18,950 nt of DNA from Candidatus Iainarchaeum sp. (GCA_021158055.1 JAGGVJ010000043.1:1-18950), one strand, 5' to 3'; counted from the first letter of the stretch, positions 6,888 to 15,949 are shown. The notes: generated by a model not told the origin, from the sequence alone. Made by a program: numbers and translations.

Positions 6888-8375
6888 ATGGCAACAATAA
6901 TCGAATCTTACGGAAACATCGAAATACTAAAAGATAAAACCGAGGAAAACATTATTTACCAGGTCAACTTCCCCGACTTTACCCCGGATGAGCGAAACAT
7001 AATCAGAAGCGTCAAAATGCGGCTTGACTCCGAAACACTGGCAGAGCTAAACAGCATGATCGACGGCAGAAGAAAAAGGGAAATACTTGAGCAGTTCCTT
7101 GACTTTGAAAAAAAAGACATTAAAAACAAGGAATCTGTAATCTCATTCATCATAAACCAGTACTTTTCAAAATACGGCGTTCTCGAGGAACTCATAAACG
7201 ACGACAACCTTGAAGAAATAATGGTAAACGGAGTCAACCAGCCCGTATTTGTCTTTCACAAAAAATACGGGATGTGCAGGACGAATATACAAATACAAAA
7301 CGTGCAGACAATAAACAGGATAATTGACTTCATTTCAACCACGACAGGCAGGGAAATAACAAGCGAAAAGCCGTTAATGGACACCAACATCCCGGACGGC
7401 AGCAGGGTCAACGTCACCGTTCCGCCCGCGTCCCCGAACGGACCCTCGATTACCATAAGGAAATTCAAAAAAGTCCCCTACAACATAATAGAACTCATCA
7501 AGCTCGGCACCCTGAACACTGAACTCGCCGCACTGCTCTGGTGCTGCGTGGAAGGGCTGAGAATATGCCCTGTAAACATGATGATTGCAGGAGGGGCAGG
7601 CTCAGGCAAAACAACTTTGCTGAACGCGTTGTCATCATTCATTCCCCCGGAAGAACGCATCATAACCATTGAAGACACGCGCGAACTGAACCTTGACTGC
7701 CTTTCAAACTGGGTGCCCCTTGAATCAGTCCCGAAAGTGCTTGAAAACAGCGACGGGCTAAGCAGGCAAAGCCTGATTCAAAACGCGCTGCGCATGAGGC
7801 CAAACAGGGTGCTGGTCGGGGAAGTGAGGGGAATGGAAGCGGAATCCATGTTTGTCGCAATGAACATCGGGCTCAACGGGACAATGGGAACGATCCACGC
7901 AAACTGCTCAAGAGAAGCCATAACCCGGCTCACAACCCCCCCGATGGACGTGCCTGTAAAAATGATCCCGTTAATGAAGCTTTTAGTCGTGATAAACAAA
8001 ACCTACAACCAAAACAGGGAAATTGTCAGAAGAGTTACCCAGGTAAGTGAAATAACAGGGCTTGAAGGAGACGTGGTCCGCATGAACGAAATCATGTCAT
8101 GGAACAGGAACACCGACGAACTTGAAAAAACAGGGGACGCGTCAAGGCTCAAGGAATACATCGCAAGCTCCTGTGCAATAAGCGTAAACGAAGTCAACCG
8201 GCAGATAAGAGAACGCGACGAACTCCTGAAAAAAATGGTTGAAAACAACGTGACTGAAAGAAAACAAGTAGCGGAAATATTCAAAAAATACCGTCTTGAA
8301 TCCTCTTATGCAGCTTCCGGAAACAAAAGCAATGAAAAAGACAAAGACAGCAGCATAATCAAAGACCTGCGCTGA
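6888..8375 (+). CDS. CpaF/TadA/VirB11-family secretion or pilus-assembly ATPase
   Basis: LEEIMVNG, DGSRVN, SITIRKF, Walker A GGAGSGKT, Asp box TIEDTREL, LRMRPNRVLVGEVRG (Walker B), GTIHA. Confidence 0.95.
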   Translation: MATIIESYGNIEILKDKTEENIIYQVNFPDFTPDERNIIRSVKMRLDSETLAELNSMIDGRRKREILEQFLDFEKKDIKNKESVISFIINQYFSKYGVLEELINDDNLEEIMVNGVNQPVFVFHKKYGMCRTNIQIQNVQTINRIIDFISTTTGREITSEKPLMDTNIPDGSRVNVTVPPASPNGPSITIRKFKKVPYNIIELIKLGTLNTELAALLWCCVEGLRICPVNMMIAGGAGSGKTTLLNALSSFIPPEERIITIEDTRELNLDCLSNWVPLESVPKVLENSDGLSRQSLIQNALRMRPNRVLVGEVRGMEAESMFVAMNIGLNGTMGTIHANCSREAITRLTTPPMDVPVKMIPLMKLLVVINKTYNQNREIVRRVTQVSEITGLEGDVVRMNEIMSWNRNTDELEKTGDASRLKEYIASSCAISVNEVNRQIRERDELLKKMVENNVTERKQVAEIFKKYRLESSYAASGNKSNEKDKDSSIIKDLR

Positions 8376-8378
8376 AAA

Positions 8379-8425
8379 CAGGTCAACAGGCCATTTCAGG
8401 TCAACAGGCCATTTCAGGTTAACAG
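8379..8425. repeat. 18-bp tandem repeat (2.6 copies) between convergent genes
   Basis: caggtcaacaggccattt at 8379-8396 and 8397-8414, partial caggttaacag at 8415-8425. Confidence 0.93.
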
Positions 8426-8426
8426 A

Positions 8427-9059
8427 TCATCTTCCTGCTTTTTTTCTGAAAAACTTCCTGAGAAAAGCCCCCTTCATTTTCAATGGATTCACACCGTCGT
8501 TTTTCACAAAAGCAAATGTCACGGCTCCCGCTGCCAGCGCGAGCAAACCCATGAAAAGAAACAATGTCTTAAAACCGAAAAGGTAAACAACCGAAGCACC
8601 CACCAGCGCTGAAAATGCGCTTGAATAACCGGAAACCATCTCCCAAGTCCCCCACTCCTGGCTCTCGCGGTTGCGGTCAATGTTCACCGAGAACAACCCG
8701 TCGTAAGCAGGGGTGCCGACAGCCTGGAAAACCCCTATAAAAAATTCCAGAACAAAAAGCTCCTCAACACTTGAAATAAACATCATTGAAAAGAAAACCA
8801 ACGCGGTTCCGAAACACTGGACCAGCAAAAAAAACTTTTTTGAATAGATATCCGCAAGCTTCCCCATCGGGTACTGCAGGGAAGCAAAAGCAACCGACGC
8901 AATAAACCACGCCACTCCCGCATCCAGGATAGAGCCGTTTATCTCCTCAACAAAAACCGCATAAATCGGGGCAAAAAGCCCGCTTGCAAACAACGACAAC
9001 GCACTCGTAAACAAAAGAATCTTTATCAGCCTGTTCAAAAAACCACCGCTTTCAGCCAC
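8427..9059 (-). CDS. Half-size (6-TM) MFS transporter-like protein; start probably TTG at 9038
   Basis: MFS motif A variant GKLADIYSKK and six hydrophobic segments. GGTGG SD precedes TTG-AAC-AGG (MNRLIKILL). Confidence 0.88.
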   Translation of the reverse strand: MAESGGFLNRLIKILLFTSALSLFASGLFAPIYAVFVEEINGSILDAGVAWFIASVAFASLQYPMGKLADIYSKKFFLLVQCFGTALVFFSMMFISSVEELFVLEFFIGVFQAVGTPAYDGLFSVNIDRNRESQEWGTWEMVSGYSSAFSALVGASVVYLFGFKTLFLFMGLLALAAGAVTFAFVKNDGVNPLKMKGAFLRKFFRKKAGR

Positions 9060-9143
9060 CGCTCACATTCACGCAACTGCTCATGTTCATGTGACTGTCA
9101 CTCCAAAAAGTCCGCATTCACATCAAAAACCAAAAAACCGTTA

Positions 9144-9190
9144 AATAAATAACGCTAAAACAATTAGAATAAATAACACTAAAACAATTA
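9144..9190. repeat. 24-bp tandem duplication in a divergent intergenic region
   Basis: aataaataacgctaaaacaattag followed by aataaataacactaaaacaatta (one internal mismatch). Confidence 0.85.
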
Positions 9191-9254
9191 TTATACTTGT
9201 TGTAACAGACAAAAAATACAGCAAATTAACACTTAAAATTATCGGAGGGATTAA

Positions 9255-9425
9255 ATGAAACTTGAAGAAATAGCGGAATTCACACTTGAATTCCTTGACA
9301 TGTGCTACACGCACAAAAAACCGGTGGATGAGGCACTCAAGGACTTCAAATCAGTGACAAACGACTTGTTCACTGTTAAAAAAAGCGTGGCTTCCGAAGC
9401 AAAAAAAGAAAAAACAACAGTTTAA
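9255..9425 (+). CDS. Small hypothetical protein, 56 aa (below ORF-track cutoff)
   Basis: GGAGG SD then MKLEEIAEFTLEFLDMCYTHKKPVDEALKDFKSVTNDLFTVKKSVASEAKKEKTTV*, followed by a hairpin and T-tract. Confidence 0.75.
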   Translation: MKLEEIAEFTLEFLDMCYTHKKPVDEALKDFKSVTNDLFTVKKSVASEAKKEKTTV

Positions 9426-9440
9426 AGAACAACAACAAAT

Positions 9441-9473
9441 CGCGCTTCAACTGAAGCGCGCACCTATTTTTTT
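9441..9473 (+). terminator. Inverted repeat plus T-run between convergent genes
   Basis: CGCGCTTCA-ac-TGAAGCGCG (9441-9460) followed by a T7 run at 9467-9473. Confidence 0.65.
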
Positions 9474-9541
9474 ACCCAAACAACCAGCCTCAGGCATACC
9501 CAAAAATGTATGCATGCATAAACCTGAAAACAGGCAAAAAA

Positions 9542-9886
9542 TCATCGGGAAGCAAGCTGCTGGAACTCAAGGCCCAGTTTTTTCTTGAGCGCCAAGTACT
9601 CCTTTTTTGAAAGACCAACATCCTGCAAAGCCCTGTCGCGCAACACGCACTCCCTTGAAGGCTTGCAGCAAAAAACAAGCGAGCCGAAACAGACAGGAAG
9701 ATCATGCCCCTTATCAAACAGATCCTTAAAAACATGCTTTAAGGCAAGGTACTGGAACCTGCTTATGTTGTTTTTTTCAAGCATCGCATCCCGCACAGAA
9801 CAAATTTTTGAAGTGTGGCAGCAAAAAGCAAGGGCTGAAACACCCCCTCCCCTGCAGACATGTTTCGGGGAATCTTTCCAACCCAT
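9542..9886 (-). CDS. Methanogenesis marker 9 domain-like Cys-rich protein
   Basis: W.D.P.HVCRGG...LAFCC...C..RD and CFGSLVFCCK....C.LRD..L...GL...EY..LKKKL, two internally repeated halves as recalled for this domain. GGTGA SD. Confidence 0.8.
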   Translation of the reverse strand: MGWKDSPKHVCRGGGVSALAFCCHTSKICSVRDAMLEKNNISRFQYLALKHVFKDLFDKGHDLPVCFGSLVFCCKPSRECVLRDRALQDVGLSKKEYLALKKKLGLEFQQLASR

Positions 9887-10066
9887 TCAATCACCTGAAA
9901 ACAAACTCAAAAAATCACGCCAGTCAATAACACAAAAAACAACAAATAACCCAATCGTCAGTGAAATAAAAAATGAAACAAATCAACTAAACAAAAATCA
10001 ACTAATATAATCCAAAATATAAAAAACTGGCGTTCCAAATAAAACAACCAACACCCTTTGCGGAAA

Positions 10067-10486
10067 TCACAGGTCAGTTCTCGGGTAAAAAACCACCCTG
10101 CATTTATTGTCAAGAGAACAGGTAATATGAGCCAAAAAATTCATGGTTGCTCTGGCTCTCAAGCACTGGCCCCGGCTTTCACCATCAGAGCCGACTACTT
10201 CGGCAAACTCTGCTTCACCCTCATAAACCAAGGTCACGTCTGAAAAAGGGATATCAAGGCCTGAAACAAACTCGCTCTCGCAAATCCGCTCGCCCTGCTG
10301 CAGCAAAAACGGGCCTGCTAACTGGGGATCATTGGGGCTTTTCAAAGCCATTAAAAAAAACTCGTGAGGCGACCCGCGCCCAAGCTTCATCGGATCCGCT
10401 TCAATAAGCAATCCCGACAAAGCACCGCCAAGGTAAAGGCCGATAATCAGTGCTGAAACCAGTAAAATAGTCGTCTTTGTATCCAA
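10067..10486 (-). CDS. Hypothetical membrane-anchored protein (start probably TTG 10486; track start 10537)
   Basis: GGTGG SD, one N-terminal hydrophobic helix, 4 Cys in the soluble part. Confidence 0.7.
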   Translation of the reverse strand: MDTKTTILLVSALIIGLYLGGALSGLLIEADPMKLGRGSPHEFFLMALKSPNDPQLAGPFLLQQGERICESEFVSGLDIPFSDVTLVYEGEAEFAEVVGSDGESRGQCLRARATMNFLAHITCSLDNKCRVVFYPRTDL

Positions 10487-10655
10487 AAAACCACCGCAAA
10501 GGTTATTATACTCTTTTAAATGAATAAAAACACACATATAAAAACCATGCGCAAAACAAAAAGAAAAACATCAAAAAAACCTGAAAAATACACAACCCAA
10601 AACAAAAAACAAGTTCAAGCAATGGTTTAAATACATTAATCAACTTATTTGTGCC

Positions 10656-11936
10656 ATGCTTGACATAAAACTGATTCGTGAAAACCCAAAAATCGTGCGA
10701 AAAAACCTGGAAAAAAGGCACGACCTGGAAAAAATAAAACTTCTTGACCAAATCATTCACGAAGACTCCGTGTGGAGAAAAACCAGCATTGAAACAAACT
10801 TGCTGAAAGCAAAAAGAAACAAATTCTCGCAGGAAATAGCCGCGCTGAAACAACAGAAAAAAGACGCTTCAAAGCCAATAAAAGAAATGAAAGAAATAAA
10901 CGCAAAAATTTCAGCAATGGAAAACAAAAGCAAAGAATCATTTGAAAAGACGCGAAAAGGGTTAATGAAACTCCCGAACATGCTGCACGAATCAGTTCCG
11001 TTTGGAAAAGACGACACCGAAAATGTTGAAATCAAAAAATGGGGAAAACAAAAATTCGGCTTTCCTGCAAACAACCACCTTGACCTTCTGAAAAACCTGA
11101 ACCTCATTGACCAGGAAAACGCAAACAAATTATCCGGACACGGGTTCTTTTACCTGAAAAACGAGCTTGCGCTCCTCGACCTGTCCCTGATCAGGTTCGG
11201 CCTTGACTTCCTGGCAAAAAAAGGGTTTGACATAATCGAACCCCCCTTCATGATGCGCAGGAAACCATACGAGGGAGTCACTGACTTAAGCGACTTTGAA
11301 GACGTCTTATACAAAGTTGAAAACGAAGACCTTCACCTGATAGCGACCGCCGAACACCCCTTGGCCGCAATGCACATGGACGACACGCTTCTTAAAGAAA
11401 AACTGCCGAAAAAACTCGCCGGATTCAGCCCGTGCTTCCGGAAAGAAGTCGGGGTGCACGGGAAATACACCCGCGGGCTTTTCAGGATGCACCACTTCAA
11501 CAAAGTCGAACAATTCGTATTCTGCGCACCCGAAGACTCGTGGAAGATCTTTGAAGAACTGCAGCAAAACACAGAAGAAATACTGCAACAGCTAAACATT
11601 CCTTACCGCGTGGTAAACGTGTGCACTGGAGACATCGGAATCATCGCCGCAAAAAAATACGACATAGAAATGCTCATGGCAGACGGAAAATACCGGGAAA
11701 TAAGCTCCAACTCAAACTGCACCGACTTTCAGGCAAGGCGCCTCAACATAAAACACGCCCAAAAAGAAGGGGCAAAAAAAGAAGGGTTCGTGCACACCGT
11801 AAACAACACCGGAATAGCAACCAGCAGGGCAATGATCGGAATCATTGAAAACAACCAGCAGGAAGACGGCTCAATCAAAATACCAAAAGCCCTGCAGCCA
11901 TACATGAACGGGCTCAAAGAAATCACAAAGGACTAA
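10656..11936 (+). CDS. serS: Seryl-tRNA synthetase
   Basis: MLDIKLIRENP, N-terminal coiled coil, LIATAEHPL, CFRKEVG..G..TRGLFRMHHFNKVEQF, EISSNSNCTDFQARR, HTVNNTGIATSR. Confidence 0.99.
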   Translation: MLDIKLIRENPKIVRKNLEKRHDLEKIKLLDQIIHEDSVWRKTSIETNLLKAKRNKFSQEIAALKQQKKDASKPIKEMKEINAKISAMENKSKESFEKTRKGLMKLPNMLHESVPFGKDDTENVEIKKWGKQKFGFPANNHLDLLKNLNLIDQENANKLSGHGFFYLKNELALLDLSLIRFGLDFLAKKGFDIIEPPFMMRRKPYEGVTDLSDFEDVLYKVENEDLHLIATAEHPLAAMHMDDTLLKEKLPKKLAGFSPCFRKEVGVHGKYTRGLFRMHHFNKVEQFVFCAPEDSWKIFEELQQNTEEILQQLNIPYRVVNVCTGDIGIIAAKKYDIEMLMADGKYREISSNSNCTDFQARRLNIKHAQKEGAKKEGFVHTVNNTGIATSRAMIGIIENNQQEDGSIKIPKALQPYMNGLKEITKD

Positions 11937-11992
11937 CAGCCACCTGCATCCTGATTCTGCAACCGCAAAAAACAAAAAACGAAAGTTTACTT

Positions 11993-12141
11993 CCATTACA
12001 ACAGTAACAAATGCATAGTTTTACACCCATTACAACAGTAACAAATGCATAGTTTTACACCCATTATAATAGTAACAAAAGTATAACTTTAGACCTATTA
12101 TAATAGTAACAAAAGTATAACTTTAGACCTATTATAATAGT
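11993..12141. repeat. 34-bp tandem repeat, 4.4 units in two variants (A-A-B-B)
   Basis: ccattacaacagtaacaaatgcatagttttacac x2 (11993-12060), c(c/t)attataatagtaacaaaagtataactttagac x2 (12061-12128), partial unit to 12141. Confidence 0.95.
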
Positions 12142-12176
12142 TCAATTTATATACTTTAATAATCATAAATATAAAC

Positions 12177-13634
12177 ATGAATGAAGAAAAGCTAGTTAAA
12201 CAACTAGATCATTTAAATGACTGGTGGAGTACCGCACAAGTACCAAAAAACAAACTAAAATCATTTGAACGAAGAGACTTATTTTTCATAAAAAGGGACA
12301 TCAGCAAACAAGAAATTTTAGCAATAATCGGTCCAAGACAAGTTGGAAAAACCACATTAATATATCAAACAATTCAATATCTGTTAACTGAAAAAAACAT
12401 CAATCCATCTAATATATTATTTATAAGTTCAGACAATGAGGTCCTAAAACTTAACTCAAATGATTTCCTTGAAGACATTCTAAACACTTACTTCAAATAC
12501 CGGCTAAAACAACCAATAGGACAATCAAGGGAAAAAATATACCTTTTCTTAGATGAAATACAATCCATGGATAACTGGAACTATAAACTAAAAAATTGGG
12601 TGGATCAAAAATTAAACATTAAAATTATTGTATCAGGATCTTCCTCAACACACATTCTAAAGGGTGGAAATGAATCCTTGGCAGGAAGAATGCAAACTCA
12701 ATTAATTTTACCACTAAAATTTCTGGAAGTAATCCAATACAAAACAAACAACGAAACAATTTGTGACATAAATGAAAATTTACGGGAAAAACTGAAAAAA
12801 TCAATTAAACTATCCAACCCAACCCACTTGTTCAACGAACTAAACTCAATAAACATGACACTAACAACCACAACTAAAGAACAGCTTCAAATTTATCTAA
12901 ATAATTACCTCTTAAAAGGCGGATACCCTAGTTTGCTTGATACTGATAACTACTATGATTTATCAAGATCACTGGATAACTACATTCAATCAACCATTTA
13001 TCGGGACATTGTCAGATTATATGAAATAAGGCGCCCAAAAACACTAAGTGCTTTAATTACATACATCGCACAATCAGGCGCACACGCAATAACATACACT
13101 AAACTATCAAATCACCTGAAAATCAGAAAAGAAACAATTGAATCATACTTAGAATATCTTGAAAACACATTTTTGATATCTGAATCAGACTTTTACTCAA
13201 CAAACCTGAAAGTAAAACAAAGAAACCCGAAAAAAATATACATCAGGGACCCGGGAATCAGAAACTCACTACTCCACCAAATAACAGATGATCTGCTAAA
13301 AGACCCTGCTGAACTTGGAATAATAGCCCAGACCATCTGCTACGACCACTTAAAAAGACTAAGTTTTTACCTCTTAAAATCAGAAAACCCAACCATAAGC
13401 TACTGGCACAACGGCAAAGAAATTGACTTAATACTTGAAGGAACAAAATGGAACATCCCAATAGAAGTTAAATACACAAACCAAAACAAAAAAGATGCAA
13501 TTAAAGAAATAAACAAATTCATAAATGAAAACAAAAACAAAGCACCCTTTGGAATCATCGTAACCAAAAACACACTCGACTTAAAAGACAATACCCTTCT
13601 AATCCCTCTTTGGCTATTCTTACTCATGTGCTAA
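12177..13634 (+). CDS. AAA+ ATPase, COG1373 type (AAA_14 + DUF4143)
   Basis: GPRQVGKTT, LDEIQ, SGSSS, ESLAGR, GGYP, PKKIYIRDPG, and C-terminal EIDLI...PIEVK nuclease-like motif. Confidence 0.93.
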   Translation: MNEEKLVKQLDHLNDWWSTAQVPKNKLKSFERRDLFFIKRDISKQEILAIIGPRQVGKTTLIYQTIQYLLTEKNINPSNILFISSDNEVLKLNSNDFLEDILNTYFKYRLKQPIGQSREKIYLFLDEIQSMDNWNYKLKNWVDQKLNIKIIVSGSSSTHILKGGNESLAGRMQTQLILPLKFLEVIQYKTNNETICDINENLREKLKKSIKLSNPTHLFNELNSINMTLTTTTKEQLQIYLNNYLLKGGYPSLLDTDNYYDLSRSLDNYIQSTIYRDIVRLYEIRRPKTLSALITYIAQSGAHAITYTKLSNHLKIRKETIESYLEYLENTFLISESDFYSTNLKVKQRNPKKIYIRDPGIRNSLLHQITDDLLKDPAELGIIAQTICYDHLKRLSFYLLKSENPTISYWHNGKEIDLILEGTKWNIPIEVKYTNQNKKDAIKEINKFINENKNKAPFGIIVTKNTLDLKDNTLLIPLWLFLLMC

Positions 13635-15073
13635 AACCAACCCTTCATTTGAAGCTGAATTACCTCTTCTTTTTTCATTTCATCATCTAATATTTTTGTT
13701 ATCTCCTTGAGATCCAATAACAACAAACCCGATACGTTCCTATCAATCAATTCCTGTTCAAACCCTGACTTAGAAATAATTATATACTCAAACTTACCAC
13801 TTGCAGATGTTTTTTGAGATTTTCTTTTCAGTTCTTCAAAACAACCGCTCCCCATTTTTTTTTCTTTAAACTTTGCTTCAAGAAAAACTGTTTTTGATTT
13901 ACTTTTTAACACTAAATCAATATCTTCATTTTTTTCCCACCATTTTCCGCATTCAATAAACTCAATTTTTTTATTTTTTATCTCTTTACCATTCATAAAA
14001 ATAAAAAATTCTCTAACAATGTCTTCAAATATCCTGCCGCAATAAGTACCAAATTCTTTATGTATTCTTTTTTGAATGGCATCAGAATTACCCATAGCCA
14101 CCTGTTCTCTGTAAGAATAAACAAACCGATACCAAAACCTGAAAAAATTATCTTTTATCCCATATCTTTTCATTCTTTTCTTCCCAAACAACGGGTCATT
14201 TACTTCTATAATATCTAAAAGTTCCGATAAATTTTTCAAATACGGGGAAATTTCATAATTTTCCAAACCAAGAGAATCAGCTATTTCTTTGGATTCAACT
14301 TTTCCTTTTGAAATTGCCTTTAATATAGAAATATATCTTTCAGGGTTTTTTAATTCAAATTTAAGGGCATTTATGGGTTCATCAAACAAAGACCCATTCT
14401 CAGACAAAGCAAGATAATTAAACGATTCAAACAAATCTTTATCTAAAAACTTAAAATCAGACAAATATTTTGGAGTGCCGCCAAAAACCGAAAATATCTT
14501 TATTTTTTCTTCTTCTGATTTTTCCTTAAACATTTCCCTCAAATCTATATATCTAAACTGTTTAAGATGATAAGAAAACGTTTTTCTCCCATAAAGAGGG
14601 CCTTTTTCTTCTAATGCTAATCTATGCATCATACTCATAGAAGAACCGCAAATAATAACCATGATTCTTTTGTCCTTCAAAGAATTATCCCAACTTTCCT
14701 GAAGATTAAAAATAAAATCCTTTGCAAAATAATTTACTCTTTGAAACTCATCAATTACTAAAAGAATCTTCTCATCAGCAGATTTTTGAGACACATAACT
14801 AAAAAAATCTTCCCATTTACTTATTTTAACTGATTCTTTAAAAGTCTCTTCTATCTTAATTGAAAGAGCATTCATAAAATCTCTTTTGTTATCATAAACA
14901 ACATTTATGTAAATCTTGTTTTCTTTCACCTTTCCAAAAAACTTACGAAGCAACTCAGACTTTCCCACCCTCCTTCTGCCATACAATACCCCAAACTCTC
15001 CTTTTTTCAAATTAATAAATTTACTTCTAAGGAATTCCAACTCTTGAACCCGATTATAAAACCGCTTTTCCAT
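13631..15073 (-). CDS. Archaeal ATPase, COG1672 type (ATPase_2 + wHTH + DUF234)
   Basis: FYNRVQEL, YGRRRVGKS, IDEFQ, CGSS, PLYGR, GGTPKY, DNFFRFWYRF, GKWW...DIDLV...EAK. Confidence 0.93.
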   Translation of the reverse strand: MEKRFYNRVQELEFLRSKFINLKKGEFGVLYGRRRVGKSELLRKFFGKVKENKIYINVVYDNKRDFMNALSIKIEETFKESVKISKWEDFFSYVSQKSADEKILLVIDEFQRVNYFAKDFIFNLQESWDNSLKDKRIMVIICGSSMSMMHRLALEEKGPLYGRKTFSYHLKQFRYIDLREMFKEKSEEEKIKIFSVFGGTPKYLSDFKFLDKDLFESFNYLALSENGSLFDEPINALKFELKNPERYISILKAISKGKVESKEIADSLGLENYEISPYLKNLSELLDIIEVNDPLFGKKRMKRYGIKDNFFRFWYRFVYSYREQVAMGNSDAIQKRIHKEFGTYCGRIFEDIVREFFIFMNGKEIKNKKIEFIECGKWWEKNEDIDLVLKSKSKTVFLEAKFKEKKMGSGCFEELKRKSQKTSASGKFEYIIISKSGFEQELIDRNVSGLLLLDLKEITKILDDEMKKEEVIQLQMKGWF

Positions 15074-15082
15074 ATATAATCA

Positions 15083-15104
15083 ACATTATATAGTTATATA
15101 ATGT
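15083..15104. promoter_or_regulatory. Perfect palindrome between TATA box and start of the COG1672 ATPase
   Basis: ACATTATATA-gt-TATATAATGT. Minus-strand TTTATATAA lies immediately upstream (~15108-15116) and the ATG is at 15073. Confidence 0.7.
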
Positions 15105-15142
15105 AAATTATATAAACATTTCGATACTACAAAAAAACCCAA

Positions 15143-15769
15143 TCACTCCCCCTTATAACCAACCGACTCCATAAACCCGACAAGATCCTTCCCGTGAACA
15201 TCAAAATCAAAAACCTTATTGACATTCTTGTTAAGCTGATCAATAAAATCAAAAAACCCTTCATCGCCCCAGACCTCAAGCTCAAGCAAACCACACATTT
15301 TACCCAGCTTCTCCTTTGCAGCAGAAATCTCAACCTCATTTTCAACAACAACTTCAAGCTCGAAATAAAACCCATAACCCGGAATCTCAACCAAAGCAAA
15401 AACAACACCGTCAAACTCAAAATTTTCCATGAACCTGAAAGCAGACATCCCCCTCTTATAACCCAAAGCAGCATACGCTTCAACAACATTCAAAAACCCA
15501 CCTTTCTCTGCCCGCACCAAAATCTCCTTTCTTTCATCACAAGCGCCCCAGCCACCCACCTTAATGACCATCTCAGGCACGCCGTCAGTAACCCTGGCGC
15601 GAACATCCGTCTTCCTCTCCCGAATACCCTCGCAAAACGTCGAATAATCAATCAAAAACCTACTCTTCCTGCCCAAAAACCTGCCCTTGTCAAGCAAAAA
15701 ACGCTTCAACTCAACATACTTCCTATCAGAAATCGGGCCCCGAAACTCCACTTCAAACACACGCAACAC
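15143..15769 (-). CDS. CYTH-domain protein (class IV adenylate cyclase / triphosphate tunnel metalloenzyme-like)
   Basis: N-terminal EVEFR (ExExK-like), RAR, K, ERKE and downstream G.YFELEV motifs. Confidence 0.85.
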   Translation of the reverse strand: MLRVFEVEFRGPISDRKYVELKRFLLDKGRFLGRKSRFLIDYSTFCEGIRERKTDVRARVTDGVPEMVIKVGGWGACDERKEILVRAEKGGFLNVVEAYAALGYKRGMSAFRFMENFEFDGVVFALVEIPGYGFYFELEVVVENEVEISAAKEKLGKMCGLLELEVWGDEGFFDFIDQLNKNVNKVFDFDVHGKDLVGFMESVGYKGE

Positions 15770-15912
15770 CTCAAAAAACCAACAAATCTAAAAAACCACC
15801 CTTACAACATTACAACAAAGGCAAAACAAAGTAATAAACCCTTTTAATTTTGCGCTTGGTTGCGATTATAAAGCTTTTAACCTCTAAAAAATAAGGGTTT
15901 TTTAAAAAATAT

Positions 15913-15949
15913 AGAAAAACTTTGTTTCTGAAAGAAATAAAGTATTTCC
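15913..15949 (+). repeat. 37-bp double palindrome, copy 1
   Basis: AGAAA-aactttg-TTTCT-gaa-AGAAA-taaagta-TTTCC then attaaagcatttt. Confidence 0.88.

Noticed and set aside
9052-9103. 12-aa upstream ORF (MNMSSCVNVSGG) after GGAGTGA, ahead of the MFS gene
   Set aside because: Too short to support from sequence alone, with no telling codon bias.
9490-10010. ORFs 9585-10010 (+) and 9490-9735 (-)
   Set aside because: They overlap the marker-9-like gene, which has the recognisable motif and SD.
10067-10486. Type IV pilin partner for the CpaF ATPase
   Set aside because: No class III signal peptide cleavage motif (K/R-G/A then hydrophobic) at the N-terminus.
11993-12141. CRISPR array
   Set aside because: Units are contiguous with no unique spacers, and no cas genes are in the window.
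15127-15847. ORFs 15194-15847 (+) and 15127-15489 (-)
   Set aside because: Shadow frames of the CYTH gene, kept open by strong compositional skew.
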